Positions 1 through 6,220 of a stretch of DNA of 14,908 bases are shown here, one piece after another. This DNA is from an uncultured archaeon. GTDB taxonomy: Archaea; Asgardarchaeota; Lokiarchaeia; Sigyniarchaeales; Promethearchaeaceae. The position numbers were made by a program, and so were the translations under genes. The notes beneath the pieces are model-generated. The model was not told where the DNA came from, made no database searches, and saw nothing but the letters and a program-made list of their open reading frames with translations. The stretch is from assembly GCA_964513765.1 (NCBI GenBank), contig CAZEPC010000066.1, positions 1-14,908 of the forward strand, in the 5' to 3' direction. Position 1 is the stretch's first letter. Every line of letters begins with the position of its first letter.

Positions 1-128
1 AAATTGAAAATTTCCAAAAAATTAGTACCATATTTCGCATAGGAAAAAAAAGAAAATCCATATAAATAAAATCTATGAAGTAAAAAAGGCTAAAATACCT
101 TGAATTTTCAAGAATTAACAATTTTCCA

Positions 129-1361
129 TTAGGAGTCTAAAATCTTTTTATTGAACTTAATGATACTTATTCCATTATAGGGGCCTTGGGAACCTCCGAT
201 GCTTTCATCCTCAAACAGACAATATATTATTCCTTTTGAGTCATCTACGGCTAAATCAGAGTATGCAGCACCACCGTGCTCTAGAGTATGCGGATCTGAC
301 CATGTTATTCCCTCATCTTCACTAAACCAAACGGCAAGATTTTTTCTTGAACCCCGGCATTTTTCTTTTATTTCTTCAACTTCGGCAAGAGGTTCCACAA
401 ATATGATATCTCTTAGATCATAGTTTTTATTGGGAGAGAATCGGTTTATACTCCCCAAACAGACCGGTTCAGGTAATTCTAAATTAAAGGAATAGGTGGT
501 CCAATCATTTGCACCATCCTCCGAATATGCAAATGCACGATAATAATTTGGAGGATCCCTGATTTCCTTGAATGCATGCCGTGAGCTAATCATTACCCTC
601 CCATCAGCAAGCTGAACTAATTGGGACTCGTTTGGGTTCTGAATCGTGAAAGGTAACATTTCTCCAGCATTCCAACTTTTCCCATGATCATCGGAATAAA
701 TAATTCCGACTTCCGAGGGGTTATGGGATCTTTGGTCCTCTTTATTTGCAGCCATCCAAAATGGAACAAGTATCCTCCCCTTGTATTCACCCCATTGTAA
801 TTGTAAACCATGACCAGGGCCCGCAGCAATCACATTCCAACCCCATTCATCCCGAAATTCCTTCAAAACATTGGTTATATTGGTTGAGTCGCTCCAAGAT
901 TGTCCATCATCTGTGCTTTTAGCATAATATGCGTGATCATAATGATCGCAATATATTAAATGAATGGCATTCGTTTCTTCATCCATGATAGGGACAGGAT
1001 TATTAGTCACAACCTCAACTTTGGGGACAAAATCATCAGATTCCTGATCCAAACCCCTTTCCTCGGCTAAACGGCCAGCCTCCAACATTTCATCCCATCC
1101 TTGAGGTTCTACCAACCTTTGACTTTCTTTCACGACAAATTGTTCGCTCCATTGACCGATCTTTTCCACCGGATCCTCGCAACGCTTCGCAATGATGGCA
1201 CTATGAGCCCAATCAGAACAGCTTCTTTGTCTTGCCTCACAGAATGCCATTAAAGTCCCTTTTTTGGTCCTGACAAGAGCCGGGATTCGATAACAATGAT
1301 AGCCCTTGGTTTTTGATTCAAAGATGCACACTTTTTCGAAAATGGTCTTTTCTTCCGTCAT
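129..1361 (-). CDS. Exo-alpha-sialidase-like BNR/Asp-box glycoside hydrolase (GH33 type), no signal peptide
   Basis: 410-aa ORF with ATG at 1361..1359. The N-terminal 'YHCYRIPALV..GTLMAFCEARQ' matches the sialidase RIP (Arg-triad) region. There are four Asp-boxes (S-x-D-x-G-x-x-W): STDDGQSW, SDDHGKSW, SEDGANDW, SEDEGITW. No hydrophobic N-terminal leader is present. Confidence 0.85.
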   Translation of the reverse strand: MTEEKTIFEKVCIFESKTKGYHCYRIPALVRTKKGTLMAFCEARQRSCSDWAHSAIIAKRCEDPVEKIGQWSEQFVVKESQRLVEPQGWDEMLEAGRLAEERGLDQESDDFVPKVEVVTNNPVPIMDEETNAIHLIYCDHYDHAYYAKSTDDGQSWSDSTNITNVLKEFRDEWGWNVIAAGPGHGLQLQWGEYKGRILVPFWMAANKEDQRSHNPSEVGIIYSDDHGKSWNAGEMLPFTIQNPNESQLVQLADGRVMISSRHAFKEIRDPPNYYRAFAYSEDGANDWTTYSFNLELPEPVCLGSINRFSPNKNYDLRDIIFVEPLAEVEEIKEKCRGSRKNLAVWFSEDEGITWSDPHTLEHGGAAYSDLAVDDSKGIIYCLFEDESIGGSQGPYNGISIIKFNKKILDS

Positions 1362-1426
1362 TTTCCTTCCTTCTATTTTTTCAAGATGGAGTGATAAAAA
1401 AATCTTTCTTTAATAATAGGGGAACT

Positions 1427-1437
1427 TTTATTAATAA
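1427..1437 (+). promoter_or_regulatory. Putative archaeal TATA box for 5S rRNA copy 1
   Basis: 'tttattaataa' is centred about 24 nt upstream of the predicted 5S 5' end (1456). It is conserved inside the duplicated cassette. Confidence 0.4.
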
Positions 1438-1455
1438 TCCAAAATTACTAAATTT

Positions 1456-1570
1456 GTATTCGGTCATAGGCCGGGAAAAACACCAGTACCCATCCCGAAC
1501 ACTGAAGTTAAGGCCCGGTGCGTAGGGGAATAGTTGTATCTTCAATACCGCGAATCCCCTAACTGAATAC
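1456..1570 (+). rRNA. rrf: 5S ribosomal RNA, copy 1
   Basis: Contains the universal 5S core 'CCCAUCCCGAACACUGAAGUUAAG'. Terminal helix I pairs GUAUUCGGU (1456..1464) with ACUGAAUAC (1562..1570). Helix II pairs GCCGGG with CCCGGU, and helix IV/V pairs UAGGGGA with UCCCCUA. A T-rich tract 'ctttatttta' follows the 3' end. Confidence 0.88.
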
Positions 1571-1789
1571 TTCCCCTTTATTTTATCACCAAAATCTTAA
1601 AATCATAAATCTAATCTTTCAGAAGCAAATTTTGGAAGTTTCTAATATTTCAAAGTGAATGGATTAGAGAAAAACAGGTAGGAACGAAGAAAGTTTGAGA
1701 ACAATTTTTATTCTTAATTGAATGATTTGATAAAATGGAATTTAAATCGTTCCATCCTTCTTAAAGTTTATTCCATCGCTTTCAAAACG

Positions 1790-1800
1790 TTTATTAATAA
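1790..1800 (+). promoter_or_regulatory. Putative archaeal TATA box for 5S rRNA copy 2
   Basis: Identical 'tttattaataa' at the same distance upstream of the second 5S copy. Confidence 0.4.
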
Positions 1801-1818
1801 TCTAAAATTACTAAATTT

Positions 1819-1933
1819 GTATTCGGTCATAGGCCGGGAAAAACACCAGTACCCATCCCGAACACTGAAGTTAAGGCCCGGTGCGTAGGGGAATAGTTGT
1901 ATCTTCAATACCGCGAATCCCCTAACTGAATAC
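1819..1933 (+). rRNA. rrf: 5S ribosomal RNA, copy 2
   Basis: The 115 nt are identical to 1456..1570, offset by 363 bp. Confidence 0.88.
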
Positions 1934-2194
1934 TTCCCCTTTATTTTATCACCAAAATCTTAAAATCATAAATCTAATCTTTCAGAAGCAAATTTTGGAA
2001 GTCATAATAAGTTTTTAAATCACCAAACAAAATTCATCCCTCTCTATTAGAGAAGTGGGCTTTTATCGTAAAAAAGCTAAAAAGAGATAAATAATATTCA
2101 CATTCTATGAAATGATAGAAATAAAAACTTCAAAATTAAGAAAAGATTCAAGAATGCAGATAATTTCCTTATTCAAAAAGATCAAAATAAAAAT

Positions 2195-2719
2195 TCAATC
2201 GAATCCAGCTCTATTTAACAGGTTTTTAACCATCAATTTAAAAGATTCATCAATATTTTCACCTGTTTTGGCTGATACTTCAATATGGTCGGCTAAAGCA
2301 TATTTCTCAGATACTTTTTCGGCGTATTCGTAACTCACTTGTCTGTGTTCTTCTAAATCAAGCTTGCTCCCAATTAAGATTATCGGGATAGCTCCAGCGT
2401 TTTCTCTCACGATACTAAGCCAATCACCAATACTGTCGAGAGATTTTTTAGATGTAATATCATATAGAAAGAACGCGGCATTACTTCCCTTGGTGTAGGT
2501 CGGTAAGAGAAATCGGAATCGTTCTTCCCCACCAAAATCCCAAATTTGCAACGAAATCTTCTTCTCATCAATACGAATTTTTTTGGAGAAGAAATCCACT
2601 CCAATAGTAAGACGGGGATTATCGACAAAAACACCTCTGATATACTTATGAGTGAGTGTTGTTTTTCCGACTGATGCTTCTCCGAGCATCAAGACTTTAA
2701 ATGTGTAGTCTGCGGGCAT
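2195..2719 (-). CDS. Ras-superfamily small GTPase, Rab-like
   Basis: 174-aa ORF with an ATG start. G1 is 'GEASVGKT', the switch I/RabF-like motif is 'TIGVDF', G3 is 'WDFGGEERF', G4 is 'GSKLD' and G5 is 'SAKTG'. There is no C-terminal Cys prenylation motif. Confidence 0.9.
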   Translation of the reverse strand: MPADYTFKVLMLGEASVGKTTLTHKYIRGVFVDNPRLTIGVDFFSKKIRIDEKKISLQIWDFGGEERFRFLLPTYTKGSNAAFFLYDITSKKSLDSIGDWLSIVRENAGAIPIILIGSKLDLEEHRQVSYEYAEKVSEKYALADHIEVSAKTGENIDESFKLMVKNLLNRAGFD

Positions 2720-3005
2720 TTTATCAACTTCAGATTGGAATCTAACGATATGTAAAAATTCCGTTATTTCTTGGTTTTTATGTGTTACTATTTCTTTGTT
2801 TGTTCATACTCAAATAGATTTCCATTTCTTTTTAAATGTATCTTTCTCCTTGTATCCTAATAAATTTTTTATCATTTGAAGCTAAAGGGGATGACCAATT
2901 ACATTTTTGAGAAAGGGAAAAAATATTCAGATTTGTTCAAATACCAGAATGTATTAAATCTATAAAGAAAAAAGAACTAAAAAGCGAAAATAAATAATAA
3001 ACATG

Positions 3006-4619
3006 TTAGAATAACGAATCTAACCTATTATGACGCTTTTCAAAAAAAGTACTATGATATGTCTTCACAGGTACTTCACGTAAGAATTTTTCACTCAAAA
3101 TGGTCTTAGGAATATTTATATTTTGATCAGTATGAGGATTAGCAAAAGAATTATCAGGGAAATCTTGTAAATGAAAAATTTGATCCTTCTGATTTTGAGA
3201 GTGGTTAGTTTGAGGAAGACTTTTTTGTATTGGAGAGTACACTTTTTCTAATTTTTTCAGCTGATGAACCTTAAATTTACGTTGCAAATGTGCCAAAAAC
3301 ATTTCAAACTCTTGATTTCTCAGATGAGCCCTCAAATGAGCTTCTATCTGAGGGATTGGTAATACACAAGATTTGTTGATCTTGGAGATGGGAAGTAATA
3401 TCTCAGAAATTTCTTTGATTCTTTTTTCCAAACTTTCAATATCCCGCTTCCCAACCGTTTCAATCCTTAAGGGAAAATCATAGGGAGAGATTTGCAAATA
3501 ACTAGCTCCAAAGGAAAAATGATCAAAATTTGTGTATTTATGAAAGAAATAGTAAGGGGAAAATCCAGAGGTGTTTCTTCTTTTTCTTTTCTGATACAAG
3601 GTAGGAACTATATTAAAACAAGTGGTCCTCTGATTTGTATCTAATGTTTTATAAACCATTTCGGTATCGCAGAAACCCTTTAAGAGATCTCGGTATCTTA
3701 TATCATGAAATACATCAAGATCTTTGTGTTTAGATATTAAATATGGAAATGCACGTATTAATAAATCACGGAGCTGACGGGATTTAGTATCTTTGGTTAT
3801 GCCAATGAGGTTTACTCCTTTTTTCTCGCAAATAGTATAGAGTTTAAGATATTTTTTCACGAGTGAAGTATGCATTTTGCGAAGAAGATCTTGAGCGGTA
3901 AACGTACTCTGAAGGGGAGGGGGGATTATGCTCCCATCCAAGATCACGATATCGGGCAATTGAGGATCAGAATTCAGGAACGAAAGAAGTAAAGAGATCT
4001 CTGCATCTTGCCTTCTTAATCCTGCTAAAAGTCTACCGCCCCTATCAAGTACATCTCCATATTCCAAATGATAGGAATACATTTTACCTTCCCTATTTTG
4101 AGAAAAAGGAATAATTTCGGGCTTTTGTGCCTTAAAATTGTACATAATCCCTGCAACTTTGATAAGAGTTACTTGAGCCCCCAAGAATTTATGAAAGCCA
4201 AGACCTCCATCTACTGCTGCGACTCTTGTCCCTCTAAGATCTTCAATAGAAAAGGGGGTTATTTGGTGAGAAAAAGTTCGTGATCCGAATGGTTTAAAAT
4301 CTTTATTCTGATACGCTTGAAGATTCACCAATTTTTGATCACAAAAATAATGATGGAAAATCTTTAAAAAATCCTCCTTGTCTTGCATATGTTCCAAAAA
4401 TGGGTTTAAAGAGGATGAAAAAGATTTCTCTAGAATTTTTCTTTTCGAGTGCAGCACTTGATTGTAATTTGATTGGAGATCTGAAAGTTCCAGTTTTTTA
4501 TTTTCAGAAACCGGTGATTTTTTAGTAAATTTAATATGAGGGTGTTGAGGATCAATATGTGTTTCCATTTTCACATTAATATCCAAATTGCATCTTTTAA
4601 TAAAAATGACCCACTTCAT
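3006..4619 (-). CDS. NurA-domain-like nuclease family protein (divergent, with N- and C-terminal extensions)
   Basis: 537-aa ORF with ATG at 4619 (alternative ATG at 4568). 'RVAAVDGGLG', 'DIVILDGSIIPP' and 'LIGITKDTKSRQL' resemble the conserved NurA (PF09376-type) acidic motifs. The functional call rests on by-eye motif similarity only. Confidence 0.6.
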   Translation of the reverse strand: MKWVIFIKRCNLDINVKMETHIDPQHPHIKFTKKSPVSENKKLELSDLQSNYNQVLHSKRKILEKSFSSSLNPFLEHMQDKEDFLKIFHHYFCDQKLVNLQAYQNKDFKPFGSRTFSHQITPFSIEDLRGTRVAAVDGGLGFHKFLGAQVTLIKVAGIMYNFKAQKPEIIPFSQNREGKMYSYHLEYGDVLDRGGRLLAGLRRQDAEISLLLSFLNSDPQLPDIVILDGSIIPPPLQSTFTAQDLLRKMHTSLVKKYLKLYTICEKKGVNLIGITKDTKSRQLRDLLIRAFPYLISKHKDLDVFHDIRYRDLLKGFCDTEMVYKTLDTNQRTTCFNIVPTLYQKRKRRNTSGFSPYYFFHKYTNFDHFSFGASYLQISPYDFPLRIETVGKRDIESLEKRIKEISEILLPISKINKSCVLPIPQIEAHLRAHLRNQEFEMFLAHLQRKFKVHQLKKLEKVYSPIQKSLPQTNHSQNQKDQIFHLQDFPDNSFANPHTDQNINIPKTILSEKFLREVPVKTYHSTFFEKRHNRLDSLF

Positions 4620-4790
4620 TTTTCGATTTTTGCTAAAGAGATTTATCTATTTAGAAAACCAAAAATCAGAAGAATTCATAGTTTATATACAAAAATATGG
4701 CTGAGCTTATCCAAAAATAAAGAAAAAACGAAAGTAATTTAATATATCCTTAATTAGTACACTTGTTTTTCCTAGAAATGCAAAAAGATT

Positions 4791-4980
4791 CAAATTTCAC
4801 CCTGAAAAACACGAGACCAGATCTATAATCCACACTCTTTCCAAAATAAATACAAGTTCCACAATTCACACTCTTAATACCAAATTTCACACTACTCTAA
4901 ACATAAGTGACATGCACAAAAGGAAAAAAACAGGGGAATTTCCCTAGAATTCCCCTAATTCTCAATTCTTATTTCACCCT
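4791..4980 (+). repeat. Array of five same-orientation degenerate motifs, core TYCAC(A/C)CT
   Basis: The copies are caaatttcaccct (4791..4803), aatccacactctt (4827..4839), aattcacactctt (4863..4875), caaatttcacact (4881..4893) and atttcaccct (4971..4980). All lie in a non-coding region. Confidence 0.4.
4918..4956 (-). terminator. Terminator-like hairpin plus oligo-T, read on the minus strand
   Basis: A perfect 9-bp inverted repeat AGGGGAATT (4932..4940) / AATTCCCCT (4948..4956) has a 7-nt loop. On the minus strand it is followed by G-TTTTTTT-CC-TTTT (4931..4918). The stem is unusually GC-rich for this AT-rich spacer. Confidence 0.35.
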
Positions 4981-5324
4981 AAATTTCTATTCTGAATTCT
5001 TTTATACAGCAAAAATTATTTTTAAAATATTACGCAATCTCATAATTAGAATTTGCGCTTAGCTGTCTTTTTTTTTGGAATTCAGAATCATCATTGTCTC
5101 AACACGTTTCCACAGCCTAAAACATAAAAAGACCCACACCAAACAAAATGATGTAAAAATTCTGTATATATCAGAAAACATCATATTGACAAAAGGGTTT
5201 TTTATATTTTTATTTTACTTGACCTGCTTAAGGATCACCATTCAACTAACTTAAATTCACATATAAAAATCTTTATATTTGAAATTATTCTATGGAGATT
5301 TATATTTAAAAAACGTGGGTAATT

Positions 5325-6122
5325 TTAGCCCTTCAAGTGTCTCTTACAATTAATACAATACAGTACATTTGAGAAATATTCCCTCCTGCAATAAGGGCAT
5401 ACAAACCTATGTGTGCCGTCCTCCTTTTCAATCAAGCCCACACCATTCCCACCCGAGTTTCCTTTGATACTTAATTGAGATCCAATAGACCCATAAACTT
5501 TTAAAGATGCAGAATCTGACTTTTTTTCAGTCTTTCTCAGATCTGGTTTTTTTTCTTTAGAACTGGATTCAATTTCACCATCCAAAGCTTTCCTAGATTT
5601 GATTTTATAAGAAAGGGATAATACAATTCCTCCCAATAAAAATAGGGAAAAATGAATGAGAAATTGTATCCATAGAGTTGAAGAAAGAATATTCCATAAA
5701 TTGGGAGAATATTTTGATGTGAATTGCCAAAATAGAAAATAGATAAAGGAATAAGAAAACATAATGTTTCGAAATATACCTAATGCTTGCTTCTTTTCCA
5801 TAAAAAAAACACAAAATACAGACAAAACTAATATTAAGACTAAGTGGATAAGTAAGAGCATAGAAAACCATTCAAGGAAGAAAGAACCTTCCGAGACATT
5901 TAAGATCATATTGGTCCCTTGAAAAGGAGAATTTGATGAAACAGACAACCTCCCCCATCCCAAAATAACATAACTTGCTAATATACGGATAAATAAGGTT
6001 TGCATTGTATCTGCATCCAGATCAACATTTATAGGAGGATAATAAGCACCAAAGAGCCATAATATTAAGGAGATTACACCAAAATAAAGAAAGGGGATTA
6101 ATTTTATACTACGACTGTTCAA
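5325..6122 (-). CDS. Polytopic membrane protein with C-terminal cytosolic zinc ribbon
   Basis: 265-aa ORF. The start at 6122..6120 is TTG; the next Met is residue 40. There are about 5-6 hydrophobic helices in residues 1-170. A charged/Ser-rich linker follows, then 'CPYC..(12)..CINC'. A T6 tract follows the stop on the minus strand (5309..5314). Confidence 0.7.
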   Translation of the reverse strand: MNSRSIKLIPFLYFGVISLILWLFGAYYPPINVDLDADTMQTLFIRILASYVILGWGRLSVSSNSPFQGTNMILNVSEGSFFLEWFSMLLLIHLVLILVLSVFCVFFMEKKQALGIFRNIMFSYSFIYFLFWQFTSKYSPNLWNILSSTLWIQFLIHFSLFLLGGIVLSLSYKIKSRKALDGEIESSSKEKKPDLRKTEKKSDSASLKVYGSIGSQLSIKGNSGGNGVGLIEKEDGTHRFVCPYCRREYFSNVLYCINCKRHLKG

Positions 6123-6220
6123 CTTTATATGGACTTAAAAATGCATAAACAAAAAATTTTTCTTTTTAAAAGTAAAAACAATAATTAGAAGCCAAAAAAT
6201 CAAAATAGGAAAAAATCAAG

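Larger units (their letters stand above)
1427..2002 (+). repeat. Tandem direct duplication of a 213-bp 5S rRNA cassette (1427..1639 and 1790..2002, period 363 bp)
   Basis: Manual alignment shows the two 213-bp units differ at a single position (c1440 vs t1803). Each unit includes the TATA-like element, the 5S gene and 69 nt of 3' flank. The 150-bp spacer (1640..1789) is unique. Confidence 0.9.

Noticed and set aside
1313-1525. 70-aa plus-strand ORF from the track
   Set aside because: It starts antisense to the sialidase gene and reads straight through the 5S rRNA copy 1 sequence. It is low complexity with no motifs, so it is an artefact of an open frame.
4536-4742. 68-aa plus-strand ORF spanning the NurA-like gene start and the adjacent spacer
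   Set aside because: It overlaps the 5' end of the 537-aa gene on the opposite strand, and its low-complexity basic sequence has no recognisable motif.
4934-4943. 'GGGAATTTCC', identical to the eukaryotic NF-kappaB site consensus
   Set aside because: This is a coincidental match inside the hairpin stem and loop and has no biological meaning in an archaeal genome.
5082-5185. Minus-strand 'ATGATGA-tt-CTGA' and 'ATGATGT-ttt-CTGA', which resemble box C (RUGAUGA) and box D (CUGA) of C/D sRNAs
   Set aside because: The C-like and D-like boxes are only 2-3 nt apart instead of flanking ~12-nt guides. No proper C-D'-C'-D order or terminal stem could be assembled.
4620-5324. Replication origin (ORB-like repeats in a long AT-rich spacer)
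   Set aside because: There is no orc1/cdc6 or other replication gene adjacent, and the repeated motif does not match classical ORB/mini-ORB dyads. This is kept only as a remote alternative within the spacer finding.
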